Shown here in pieces: positions 16,128 through 25,321 of a stretch of DNA of 64,000 bases. Position 1 is the first letter of the stretch. Each line of letters opens with the position of its first letter. Where the stretch lies: the NCBI GenBank assembly GCA_051418035.1, contig JBPRGE010000112.1:5109-69108 (forward strand). The letters run 5' to 3'. This DNA is from Candidatus Longimicrobiales bacterium M2_2A_002. Lineage in GTDB: Bacteria; Gemmatimonadota; Gemmatimonadetes; Longimicrobiales; RSA9. Position numbers and translations under genes: made by a program. The notes under the pieces were generated by a model. That model ran no database searches and was not told where the DNA came from. It saw only the letters and a list, made by a program, of their open reading frames with translations.

Positions 16128-17832
16128 GCCGGTCCCGGACACGCAGCCCCAGACGGTATCGGCCCGGGTCCACACCCTCCAGCGTCAGCTCGAACACGAT
16201 CGGGAGCGGGTCGCTGTCCCGCGCAGCATCCTCCCAGCGGATCCGGATCGGCCGCTCCTCGGCCGCCAGACCCAGCATCCGCCCCAGCCAGCCCACGACA
16301 CGACCCAGCGCCGTACCCGCATCCCGTGGCTCCAGCCAGCACTCCACCGCGTAGCGACTCGCGCCGCCGGCTCGAGCCAGACCCCGAACGGCGGACCACA
16401 CCGTCACGGTCCCGCCCACCTCCACAGTACGGGTGGAGAAGGGGCGGAGCCCCCGCCGGTCCGGTGAAGGCCGGCCCGTCGGCCGCGCGACGAGGGGATC
16501 CGCCACCATCAGCCCGCCCGCCGGCAGCTCGACACGGTGCAGCATCCGTCCCGCGACACCGGTCGCGGTATCCACGGCCTCCGCCTGATAAACATATGTT
16601 CCGGGAGGGAGGGGGAGCTCGCCCCGCAGGAGCAGGGACGGGACGGGGCCGGCGGCCTCGACCGCGAGCGTTGCGCGGGCGACCTCGTGGCCCAGCGTGT
16701 CCAGCGCCGTGAGGAGGGCCTCCGGTGCCGGGAGGGAACCGGACGGTACGGTGTCCGTGTGGAGTATGGCGTCGACGCGCAGGATCCAGCCGCGGCGCCC
16801 GGGGATCCGGGTGACCTGCGCCTCGAGACCGCGCAAGCCGTGGAGCCGGACGGGCCGGTAGGAGGCCGTGACGTCATCCCGCTCCAGCTCCGGGCGTATC
16901 CCCGGCTCGGGCATCGGCGGGATGCCCTCGGTCAGGAGGGAGGCCGGGACCAGTGACACGGACCCGTACCCGAAGCGGAACACGGACCGGTCCTCCCACG
17001 TCACCCGGAACGGCCGTCGTCGGACACGCTCCCGCTCCCATCCGAACGGCGCGCCGTAGCGGAGAACGATCTCGGCGTGATCGTCGCCCCAGGAGAGAGC
17101 GCCCCGGGCTCTCGGGGCGTCCTCGAGGATCCGGATCCACGCGTGGCGGGCGTAGTGTCCGGCGCGCCGCTCGTTTCCGTCGGCCAGACGTGACGGGTCC
17201 GAGAACGCCCAGAAGCGTTCGGAGTAGACGGCCCGACCCCCGGGGTCCAGCGCGCTGTACCGCTCCCGCTCCCGGGGACCGAGAAGGACCGAGAGGTCGT
17301 CCAGCTCCGCGCGTCCGGCGGGGCCGGCCAGGGCGCGGGCGCTGTCGAACGCGGCCTCGGCGCGAATGATCGAGCCGCTGGAGTAGAGCGCGAGTCCGAG
17401 GAAGAGCAGGCTCTCGGTCCCGGGGACTGCGCCGGCGTGGGCCCTGGCAACGGGCACCGCCTCACCGGGCCGCCCGTCCTCGATCAGGTACCGGACCAGG
17501 CCGCCCGCCGCGGCACCGGACTCCGGTGCCCGGCCGAGCCAGGCGCGGTAGGCGCCGATCACCCGGCGGCGAGCCTCGGTGATGTTGGGGTGCTCGTCGA
17601 CGGGAGGAGGCGCTCTGTCGCCGTCGTCGCCGAACCGCAGGCAGAATCGCCCCACCACCTCGTCGCACTCGCCGGCCGTGGGACCCGATGAATACGGGGC
17701 CCTGTCGCGGAGCCGGTTCTCGTACCGGAGCGCCGCGGCCCGAGCGGCCTTCCCGGGGTCGGGGTCCTGGCCCCGGAGCCCCGACGGGGCGAACACGAGG
17801 ACGAGGAGGAGAAGGGCTTTGCGCACCCGCAC
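16072..17832 (-). CDS. Secreted GWxTD-domain-like protein
   Basis: Signal peptide; FWAFSDP...NERRAGHYAR...WGDDHAEIVLRYGAP pattern; C-terminal Ig-like strands. Confidence 0.65.
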   Translation of the reverse strand: MRVRKALLLLVLVFAPSGLRGQDPDPGKAARAAALRYENRLRDRAPYSSGPTAGECDEVVGRFCLRFGDDGDRAPPPVDEHPNITEARRRVIGAYRAWLGRAPESGAAAGGLVRYLIEDGRPGEAVPVARAHAGAVPGTESLLFLGLALYSSGSIIRAEAAFDSARALAGPAGRAELDDLSVLLGPRERERYSALDPGGRAVYSERFWAFSDPSRLADGNERRAGHYARHAWIRILEDAPRARGALSWGDDHAEIVLRYGAPFGWERERVRRRPFRVTWEDRSVFRFGYGSVSLVPASLLTEGIPPMPEPGIRPELERDDVTASYRPVRLHGLRGLEAQVTRIPGRRGWILRVDAILHTDTVPSGSLPAPEALLTALDTLGHEVARATLAVEAAGPVPSLLLRGELPLPPGTYVYQAEAVDTATGVAGRMLHRVELPAGGLMVADPLVARPTGRPSPDRRGLRPFSTRTVEVGGTVTVWSAVRGLARAGGASRYAVECWLEPRDAGTALGRVVGWLGRMLGLAAEERPIRIRWEDAARDSDPLPIVFELTLEGVDPGRYRLGLRVRDRLSGAETTSYRALLLEAAP

Positions 17833-17903
17833 ACCACCGGATGGGATCGACGAGGGTCCGGACTACGGTACCATCGACCCCGGCCGTCGCTCAAGGCCCG
17901 GCG

Positions 17904-17932
17904 TTGACGCCACCCCACGCCGTGGGTAGCTT
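17904..17932 (+). promoter_or_regulatory. Sigma70-type promoter
   Basis: TTGACG-17nt-TAGCTT, 40 nt upstream of ATG 17973. Confidence 0.55.
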
Positions 17933-17972
17933 CCGGCGCTCACGAGACCCGGCACGAACCAGAAACGAAGAT

Positions 17973-18728
17973 ATGGCCAAGAAGCACCCGACCTCTTCCA
18001 AGGTCCGGCGAGAGAACGATGTTCCCGATGACGCGTTCGTCGGCACCATCCGACGAATCATCGATTGGGGGCGGGAGAACCAGCGCGAGACGATCATCGG
18101 CGCCGTGGTCGTCGCCGTCGTCGTGGGAGGCGCCGCCTGGTTCATCGTGCAGCAGCGGCAGGTGGAGAGTACAGCCCAGGCCCGGCTCGCACAGGTCCAG
18201 CAGACCGTTGCGAGCGGGAACCTGCAGCTCGCGGCCCGCGACCTCGAGTCGTTCCTCGAGCGGTTCGACGGGACCGAGGCCGGCGACCAGGCCCGGCTGA
18301 TCCTCGCCGACGTATACATGGCCCAGGAACAGCCCGAACAGGCGATCCAGGCCCTCGGCGACCTTCCAGCCCGGCTCGATGCTCCGTTCGGGATCGCCGC
18401 CGCACGGCTCGAGGCGGCCGCACTCGAACGCCTCGAGCGCTTCGACGACGCCGTCCAGGCCTACCTCGACATCGCCGCCAATGCTCGCTTCCCGTTCCAG
18501 CGCCGTGAAGCGCTGGCCGACGCCGGACGCGTCGAGCTGCAGCACGGGGAGCCCCAGGCCGCCGTCGACCTCTTCGACCGCGTCCTCGACACGTTCGAGG
18601 CGGATGAGACCGGCCGCGGCTACTACGAGATGTGGCTCGCCGAGGCCGAGGGCCGCGTCCGGTCGGGGCAGGGCACCACCACCGTTCCGGAACCCCAGCC
18701 CGCCCAGCCCGATACGGCCACCGGCTGA
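17973..18728 (+). CDS. Membrane-anchored TPR protein (YfgM-like)
   Basis: Short cytoplasmic N-terminus, single TM, helical TPR-like repeats. Confidence 0.75.
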   Translation: MAKKHPTSSKVRRENDVPDDAFVGTIRRIIDWGRENQRETIIGAVVVAVVVGGAAWFIVQQRQVESTAQARLAQVQQTVASGNLQLAARDLESFLERFDGTEAGDQARLILADVYMAQEQPEQAIQALGDLPARLDAPFGIAAARLEAAALERLERFDDAVQAYLDIAANARFPFQRREALADAGRVELQHGEPQAAVDLFDRVLDTFEADETGRGYYEMWLAEAEGRVRSGQGTTTVPEPQPAQPDTATG

Positions 18729-18763
18729 CAACGCCGGACGGCCTCTTCCGTCACGATACCACG

Positions 18764-18797
18764 GCCCCGGTCGGCGGCAGCGCCGGCCGGGGCTTTT
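18764..18797 (+). terminator. Intrinsic terminator
   Basis: GCCCCGGTCGGCG-GCAG-CGCCGGCCGGGGC-TTTT. Confidence 0.7.
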
Positions 18798-18860
18798 CAG
18801 CTTTCGACTCTCACTCGTGTCTCGACTCTCACTCGACCCCGAGCCACTCCAGGGTCGCCC

Positions 18861-18888
18861 TGTTCGCATAATATACGTTATGTAAACC
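18861..18888 (+). other. dif: dif-like XerC/XerD chromosome dimer resolution site
   Basis: TGTTCGCATAA-TATACG-TTATGTAAACC compared with E. coli GGTGCGCATAA-TGTATA-TTATGTTAAAT; AT-rich, intergenic between convergent genes. Confidence 0.85.
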
Positions 18889-18911
18889 TGCAGACCGTGA
18901 GGTCACAGGGG

Positions 18912-19538
18912 TCACTCATCGGTACGCCCCGCCCCGGAAAGGTCCGACAGCGCCGTCATGACCCGATCCCGTGCCTCGGGGAGCGCCGCCTCGCGGGCGT
19001 TCCGGTCATGGATCTCAGGACAGCTGAGCGGCTCGCCGAACCGGATCCGGACCGTTCCCCGCTTGATCTGTCGATCCCATCGGGGCCACACGTCGTACGC
19101 GCCGGAGATCCCGCACGGGACCACGGGCACCCCGGCCCGGAGGATCAGCCGCAGCGTGCCCAGGCGAGGCGTCTTGAGGCGCCCGTCCCAGGTGCGCTCC
19201 CCCTCGATGTAGATCCCGACGCCCCGTCCCGCCTCTAGGTGTCGCAGCACGATCCGCACGGCCTGGGGATCGATCTCGAAACGTCTGACAGGAAAGGACT
19301 TGAGGCGTTTCAGGAGCCCACCGATGAGGGGGTTCGAGAACTCGGTGCTCTTGGCCATGGTGTAGATGGGCCTGTGCACCACGGCCTGGATCAGGATCGG
19401 GTCGAGGTAGGACTGGTGGTTCGCGATGAGGAGGAACGGCCCGTCGTCCGGGATGTGCTCCTTGCCCGTCACGTCAAGGCGGCCGATCAGCGGCCACAGG
19501 AGCCGGACCAGGCGCTGCGCCGTCCCGTAGAGGCTCAT
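18912..19538 (-). CDS. plsC: 1-acyl-sn-glycerol-3-phosphate acyltransferase family
   Basis: NHQSYLD (HxxxxD), FPVRR, IEGERT. Confidence 0.85.
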   Translation of the reverse strand: MSLYGTAQRLVRLLWPLIGRLDVTGKEHIPDDGPFLLIANHQSYLDPILIQAVVHRPIYTMAKSTEFSNPLIGGLLKRLKSFPVRRFEIDPQAVRIVLRHLEAGRGVGIYIEGERTWDGRLKTPRLGTLRLILRAGVPVVPCGISGAYDVWPRWDRQIKRGTVRIRFGEPLSCPEIHDRNAREAALPEARDRVMTALSDLSGAGRTDE

Positions 19539-20152
19539 GCGGTCGTGATCCTGGGCTGGAACTCGACGACCTCTCCCCTGCCCGTTCTCCCGTAGAAATC
19601 CCGAAGAGCCGCGTGGAGGAGCTCCTCCCAGAGGAAGCTCGAGTCGTCGCGGAAGTGGAACGAGGCCAGCGGCGCCCCCGTCCGGTTGATCTGCAGGTCG
19701 CTGGAGCTCGCCTGGACGGCCGTGACGGATTCCAGGGGCCAGCGCTCCGGCTCGCCGTCCCCGGGAGCGAGTTCCAGATAGTCCGGGAAGAGCGCCAGCT
19801 CTGCGGGCGACTCGTCGCCCCAGATCTCGATGCGGTTGAGGTACCCTCCTCCCCGGCCGTGCACCGTGTCCGAGTCCACGACCCGGGCCACGTCCACGGC
19901 GGCGCGACGGACTGGCGTAACGTCGCTATCTCTATTCTGCACAAGGGTTTCCGGGTCCGGAAGCCGATCCAGCCACTCGGCGGGTGTCCGGACCACGGCG
20001 GTGCCGTCGGACCGTCGGGCCCGGATGGATGCACCTTCATCGCGCCGGTAGAACGTGTCGCACGCCCGGCAGCGGTACGCCGATCCGTCGGGCGTCAGTC
20101 CCCTGTCCTCACCGCATTCGGGACACGCCCACAGGAGGTCGGAGATCGCCAC
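19535..20152 (-). CDS. Hypothetical protein with N-terminal Zn-ribbon
   Basis: GTG start, DLLWACPECG...YRCRACD; coupled to plsC by ATGA overlap. Confidence 0.65.
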   Translation of the reverse strand: MAISDLLWACPECGEDRGLTPDGSAYRCRACDTFYRRDEGASIRARRSDGTAVVRTPAEWLDRLPDPETLVQNRDSDVTPVRRAAVDVARVVDSDTVHGRGGGYLNRIEIWGDESPAELALFPDYLELAPGDGEPERWPLESVTAVQASSSDLQINRTGAPLASFHFRDDSSFLWEELLHAALRDFYGRTGRGEVVEFQPRITTA

Positions 20153-20156
20153 GGGC

Positions 20157-20888
20157 TCACAGCCGTCCGAAGAGGTCGGCGACCCGGAGGGCCCAGACCC
20201 GCCAGACCGCCTCCCAGATGATGCGCTTGGACATCTTCGACTCCCCGACGTCCCGATCGGCGAAGACGATGGGGATCTCCCCAATGCTGAACCCGCTGCG
20301 CCACGCCCGGAGGCTCATCTCGATCTGGAAGCTGTAGCCCTCGGAGCCGACGCGATCGAGGTCGATAGCCTCCAAAACGTTGCGGCGGAAGCACTTGAAG
20401 CCTCCGGTGGCATCCGACACGGGCAGCCCTGTCACGATCCGGGCGTACACATTCGCTCCGAAGGACAGGATCAACCGGGTGATGGGCCAGTTAATGACGG
20501 TGACGCGCCCGTGGAGGTAGCGCGAGCCCAGCACCACATCGAACTCCCGGATCGCCTCCAGGAACTGCGGGAGGTGTGACGGGTCGTGGGAGAAATCGGC
20601 GTCCATCTCGAAGAGCACGTCGTACTCCCGGTCCAGCCCCCACCGAAAGCCCGCCAGGTACGCGGTCCCCAGCCCGAGCTTCCCTTCCCTGTGCATGGTG
20701 TGGATCCGGGCGGACTCCGAGGCCAGCCGATCGGCCACCTCGCCGGTCCCGTCCGGGGACGCGTCGTCGATGATCAGCACCTCGAGACGGCGATCCTGCT
20801 CGAGGATCTGCGGCACGAGCCGCGGCAGGTTGTCCCGCTCGTTGTAGGTGGGGACGATTACGAGGGCGCGTTCCAGCGTGTCAGTCAT
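20157..20888 (-). CDS. Polyprenol-phosphate mannosyltransferase (GT2, DPM1-like)
   Basis: IVPTYNERDN, IIDDASPDGTG, EMDADFSHDP, DATGGFKCFRR, GYSFQIEM. Confidence 0.9.
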   Translation of the reverse strand: MTDTLERALVIVPTYNERDNLPRLVPQILEQDRRLEVLIIDDASPDGTGEVADRLASESARIHTMHREGKLGLGTAYLAGFRWGLDREYDVLFEMDADFSHDPSHLPQFLEAIREFDVVLGSRYLHGRVTVINWPITRLILSFGANVYARIVTGLPVSDATGGFKCFRRNVLEAIDLDRVGSEGYSFQIEMSLRAWRSGFSIGEIPIVFADRDVGESKMSKRIIWEAVWRVWALRVADLFGRL

Positions 20889-21121
20889 TCCGTCTTGAAG
20901 CTGTCAGGCCACTGGCTAGCTTACGGCGTCCCCGAAACTATGCCGATCCACAGGCTTCTACAAGTCGGCTGGCGGGCCGGCCGGCGTGGGGCCCGGCCGG
21001 CCGTGCCTGGAGACCCCGAGCTCGAGGATAGACCATCACGTGACACCAGTACCCATAGATATAAGCACTACAATAGCTTAGGAATCACCACCTCGAGTGC
21101 TCTATCATGGCTTCGTGCCCG

Positions 21122-21979
21122 TCACTCGAACGGGGCGCCGAGGCTGGCGATGGCCTCCTCCAGGCGGACGGGCCGGAACCCGAGCTCGCGCGCGATCTCG
21201 ACCAGCTCGCCCACGAGGGAGAGTTCCTGCATCCCGGCGAAGTAGGGGTGGTCGTAGACGACGGCGAGGCGGTCGGCCTGTTCCAGGTGCGCGCGGAAAT
21301 CGTCGCGGATGGCGGCATCATCGAATCCACGGGCCCGCAGGTTCTCCAGATACGCGACCCCCCCGGGCTCCGCGGTAATCGCGGTGCGGACGCTCTGCAG
21401 CCGGTCGGTCCCCGGCACGGAGTCGACGGTATGCGGCCCGGGCCCGTGCAGATCGGCGAGATAGCGGAAGCCGAGCTCTTCGAGGATCCCGGGCAGCGAG
21501 GCGGGCGAGTTCCACCCCGGGGACGCGAACCCGCGGGGTGGCTCCCCCGTGATCCCCTGGAGCGTGGCGAGCGCGCCGGCGACCCGGTCCCGGACCCGCT
21601 CCGGGCTCCAGCGGTGCGCATCGGCTTGCCACGCGGCGTGGTTGGTCCCACCGTGCAGGCCGATCTCGTGTCCGGCGGCGAGGACCTGTCGGAGGACGTC
21701 GGGTGCGCCCTCGCCGACCGGCGGATTCGCAACGGCGGCGACGAGCGTGTCCCAGGCCCCGAGCTTGGTCCGGGCGGACAGCTTCTCGGCCGTATTCACC
21801 TGTGGCCCGGCCGCGGATCGACCGAAGATCAGGCGTCGTCTCTGCACCGCGCGGCCCACGTGGACGAAGAAGGTGAACGGCGCATCGATACGGGCGGCCA
21901 GGTCGATGAGCCGCGGGACCCCGCGCCGGATACAGCGGTGCGTGTCGACGTCGAACCGGAAACAGAAGTAGCGGTCCAC
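21122..21979 (-). CDS. Polysaccharide deacetylase family (ArnD-like)
   Basis: FRFDVDT, FTFFV, HEIGLHG..H..W, FASPGW; GTG at 21979. Confidence 0.75.
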   Translation of the reverse strand: MDRYFCFRFDVDTHRCIRRGVPRLIDLAARIDAPFTFFVHVGRAVQRRRLIFGRSAAGPQVNTAEKLSARTKLGAWDTLVAAVANPPVGEGAPDVLRQVLAAGHEIGLHGGTNHAAWQADAHRWSPERVRDRVAGALATLQGITGEPPRGFASPGWNSPASLPGILEELGFRYLADLHGPGPHTVDSVPGTDRLQSVRTAITAEPGGVAYLENLRARGFDDAAIRDDFRAHLEQADRLAVVYDHPYFAGMQELSLVGELVEIARELGFRPVRLEEAIASLGAPFE

Positions 21980-22112
21980 CGTGCCGGCCCCTTCCCCAGC
22001 GTGAGAGACGGGCAACAAGATAGGGAACTTCGGGACGCGCGTCAGTACATTGAGACCATTACCTTGTAGCGGCCCATGGCGGGTCGGTCGTACCACACGC
22101 AGGAGCACCAGG

Positions 22113-23324
22113 GTGTCGCAGCAGTCGCACGAAGCAGAACCGGCGGGACGTGGCGAGGGAGCCGAGGGGGCGCGGATCCTCGTCGTGGTCGGCACGCGTC
22201 CCGAAGCGATCAAGATGGCGCCGGTGCTGGCCGCCCTGGCCGGCGACCGCCGGGCGGAGACCCGCCTGGCGCTGACCGGTCAGCACAGCGACCTGGTGGA
22301 CCCGATCCTGGACGTGTTCGACCGTACGCCCGACTACGACCTGGGGATCATGCGGGAGGGCCAGAGCCTGTACGACGTGGCGCACGGCTGTCTCGACGGG
22401 CTCCGCGGCGTGGTGACCGACTACCGCCCCGACGCGCTGCTCGTCCAGGGCGATACGGCGACCGTCTTCTACGGCGCGCTGGTGGGGTTCTTCGAACGGA
22501 CCCGCGTGGGACACGTGGAGGCCGGACTGCGTAGCGGTCGGAAGTGGGCGCCGTACCCGGAGGAGATGTTCCGTCGCCTGACCGATGTGCTCACTGACTG
22601 GTACTTCGCCCCCACACCCCGTGCCCGGGAGAACCTGCTCTGCGAGAACGTTCCGGACGACCGGGTGTTCGTGACGGGGAACACGGTGGTGGACGCGCTG
22701 CAGATCATGGCCGAGCGGGCCGGGCCGGCCGAGAGCCCGGTGGTGGCGGAGCGGCTGGCCGAGGCAGCGCGCGGCACGAAGCTGATCCTCATGACCGCGC
22801 ACCGCCGGGAGTCGTTCGGCACGCCGCTCCGGTCGGTGTTCGAGGCGGTCCGGGAGGTCGCCTCGAAGCGGGACGACGTGGCGTTCCTCTACCCGGTGCA
22901 CCCCAACCCGAACGTCCGGGGTCCGGCCGAGGAGCTGCTGGGCGATCTTCGGCGGGTCCACCTGACGGAGCCGTTGGGCTACCTGGACCTGATCCGGGCG
23001 CTCCGTGCGGCCACGCTCGTGTTGACGGACTCCGGCGGGATCCAGGAGGAAGCGCCCGCCTTCGGCGTCCCCGTCCTGGTGCTTCGCGACGTGACCGAGC
23101 GTCCGGAAGGCGTCGAGGCCGGCGTGGCCCGACTGGTGGGCACGGACCGGCGGCGGATCGTCACCGAGGTGGAGGCCACCCTGGACGAGGACACGACGCA
23201 GGGCACTGCGGGGACCAACCCGTACGGCGATGGTCGCGCGGGCGCGCGCATTGCCGATATCGTGGTCTCGGACCTGGTGGGCGAGCCGCGGCGGACCTCC
23301 GACTGGGACGGCGACGCTCGATGA
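22113..23324 (+). CDS. wecB: UDP-N-acetylglucosamine 2-epimerase
   Basis: VGTRPEAIKMAP, TGQH, VQGDT, HVEAGLRS, TDSGGIQEEAP, NPYGDG. Confidence 0.95.
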   Translation: MSQQSHEAEPAGRGEGAEGARILVVVGTRPEAIKMAPVLAALAGDRRAETRLALTGQHSDLVDPILDVFDRTPDYDLGIMREGQSLYDVAHGCLDGLRGVVTDYRPDALLVQGDTATVFYGALVGFFERTRVGHVEAGLRSGRKWAPYPEEMFRRLTDVLTDWYFAPTPRARENLLCENVPDDRVFVTGNTVVDALQIMAERAGPAESPVVAERLAEAARGTKLILMTAHRRESFGTPLRSVFEAVREVASKRDDVAFLYPVHPNPNVRGPAEELLGDLRRVHLTEPLGYLDLIRALRAATLVLTDSGGIQEEAPAFGVPVLVLRDVTERPEGVEAGVARLVGTDRRRIVTEVEATLDEDTTQGTAGTNPYGDGRAGARIADIVVSDLVGEPRRTSDWDGDAR

Positions 23325-24445
23325 GGATCCTCATGCACTGCGTCTACTTCCCGCCGGAGGTGGGCGGCCTCGAGAGCCACGTCTTCCACCTGTGTGCAGC
23401 GCTGGTCCGGAAGGGGCACCGGGTGGGCATCGTGACCTCCCGATCCCGGCCGGGGCTCCCGAGCCACGAGACCATGGAAGGGATGGACGTCTGGCGTACG
23501 TGGCTCCCGGCCCGCAACCCGGCCGGCTGGCTGGCCCATGCCGTCGGGTCGGTGCCGCGGCTCCGGTCGGAGGCCCGGTCGGCGGACATCCTCCACGCGC
23601 AGGCGTTCCAGTCCGTGCTCCCAGCGCTGATCGCGAGACGACGGGCCGGCGCCCCGCTCGTGACCACGTGGCATACGTCGCACTTCCTGAAACGGGCCGG
23701 CCACCCGCTCTGGCGGCCGTTCTTCCGTCAGCTGATCGAGCGTTCGGACTACAACCTGGCCGCGAGCGGCGAGATCGCGGCGGTCGGCGAGGCCATCGCG
23801 CCTGGCCAGCGGGTGGAGGCGCTCACCAACGGCGTGGACACCGAGCTGTTCCGCCCGGTGGACCCCGCTCTCCCGCCCACCGACCGGCGGCGCCTCATCG
23901 TCCCGCGGCGGCTGTTCGAGAAGAACGGCGTCGAGTACTTCATCCGCGGCCTGCCACGGATCGCCGGGGCGGTGGATGTGGAGGCCGTGCTCGTCGGCGA
24001 CGGGCCCGAGCGCGACCGCCTCGACCGCCTCGCCCGCGACCTCGGCGTATACGATCGCGTCACGTTCCTCGGCGCCCGTCCCCATACCGACATGCCCGGC
24101 ATCCTGGCGTCCGGCGAGCTGGCCGTGTTCCCGTCGCTCATGGAGGCGACCTCGGTCGCCGCGCTCGAGTGCATGGCGTGCGAGTTGCCGGTGGCCGCCT
24201 CCGAGGTCGGTGGCCTCCCCGAAATCGTCGACGAGCACGTGGGCGCCCTCTTCCGCCCCGCCGACCCCGAGGACCTGGCGGACACCGTCGTCCGACTGCT
24301 GGGCGCCGGGGACCTCCCCGAACGGGGCCGGACCGCCCGCCGGCGTGTGGTCGAGCGGTGGAGCAACGACCGCCTCGCGGAGCGCCACCTCGAGATCTAC
24401 CGGACGCTCCTCGACGGACACGGCGACCCGGACGGGCAGCCGTGA
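23321..24445 (+). CDS. GT4 family glycosyltransferase
   Basis: YFPPEVGG, KNGV, PSLMEATSVAALECMAC, VGGLPE. Confidence 0.9.
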   Translation: MRILMHCVYFPPEVGGLESHVFHLCAALVRKGHRVGIVTSRSRPGLPSHETMEGMDVWRTWLPARNPAGWLAHAVGSVPRLRSEARSADILHAQAFQSVLPALIARRRAGAPLVTTWHTSHFLKRAGHPLWRPFFRQLIERSDYNLAASGEIAAVGEAIAPGQRVEALTNGVDTELFRPVDPALPPTDRRRLIVPRRLFEKNGVEYFIRGLPRIAGAVDVEAVLVGDGPERDRLDRLARDLGVYDRVTFLGARPHTDMPGILASGELAVFPSLMEATSVAALECMACELPVAASEVGGLPEIVDEHVGALFRPADPEDLADTVVRLLGAGDLPERGRTARRRVVERWSNDRLAERHLEIYRTLLDGHGDPDGQP

Positions 24446-25302
24446 AGCTCCGACGCCCCCGCATCCTGTCGAGCCTGGGGATGGTGAGCCGGGACCCCGC
24501 CCGTCTCGGCCGTCAGCTCTCCGCCGCCCTCGACGTGCTCCAGCGCACCCTCGTCAACCCGTTCGCCACGCCGAACGAGGAGGCGATCCTCGTCCTCGGC
24601 AACCCGAAGACCGGGACCACGGCCATCGCCGCGCTCCTCGCCGCCTACGGCGACCTCTCCGTCACGCTGGACTTCTGGCCCCGGCTGCGCCGACCCGCGA
24701 CACTGGCGGCCGTCCACGAGGGGCGCACGAGCTTCGACCGCTTCGTACAGCGCTTCGCCGCCGAGTTCGCCCGCGACGTGGTCAAGGACCCCCACCTCAC
24801 CTTCCTGTATCCGGAGCTCGCCCGCCGTTTCCCGCGGGCCCGCTACGTCATGGTCATGCGCGACCCCAGGGACACGATCCGGAGCATTCTGAACCGCGTC
24901 GGTATCGACGGAGACCAGCCGGACATCGGACCCGACGAGTACCATACGATGCGTCCGCTCTGGGAGGCCACGATCCGCAGCCCGTGGCTCGATGTGGGCG
25001 ATGGCAACTACATCGAGCGGCTGGCCGGGCGCTGGGCCCGGGCCGCCCGCGTCTACCTGGACCACCCCGATGCGATGGCCCTGATCCGCTTCGAGGACTT
25101 CATCGCGGACAAGAAGGGCGCCATCATCGACCTGGCCGGCCGACTCGGCGTCGAGCAGGCCGGCCGGATCGAGCACAGGCTCGACACGCGATACCAGCCG
25201 CCGGGCGACCGGTCGGTGGGCTGGCGCGAGTTCTTCGGCCCCAACCTCGACCGGCTGGAGCGGCGGTGCGCGGCCGAGGCCGGGGCCCTGGGCTACCTTT
25301 GA
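24442..25302 (+). CDS. PAPS-dependent sulfotransferase family protein
   Basis: 5'-PSB loop ILVLGNPKTGTT, VKDP, 3'-PB RDPRDTIRS, IRFEDF; GTGA overlap with upstream gene. Confidence 0.8.
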   Translation: MKLRRPRILSSLGMVSRDPARLGRQLSAALDVLQRTLVNPFATPNEEAILVLGNPKTGTTAIAALLAAYGDLSVTLDFWPRLRRPATLAAVHEGRTSFDRFVQRFAAEFARDVVKDPHLTFLYPELARRFPRARYVMVMRDPRDTIRSILNRVGIDGDQPDIGPDEYHTMRPLWEATIRSPWLDVGDGNYIERLAGRWARAARVYLDHPDAMALIRFEDFIADKKGAIIDLAGRLGVEQAGRIEHRLDTRYQPPGDRSVGWREFFGPNLDRLERRCAAEAGALGYL

Positions 25303-25321
25303 TCCCCTCAGAACCGCACTC

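Noticed and set aside
18804..18835. TCGACTCTCACTCG direct repeat as a mini-CRISPR
   Set aside because: Only two 14-bp copies 4 nt apart, low complexity, no spacers or cas genes
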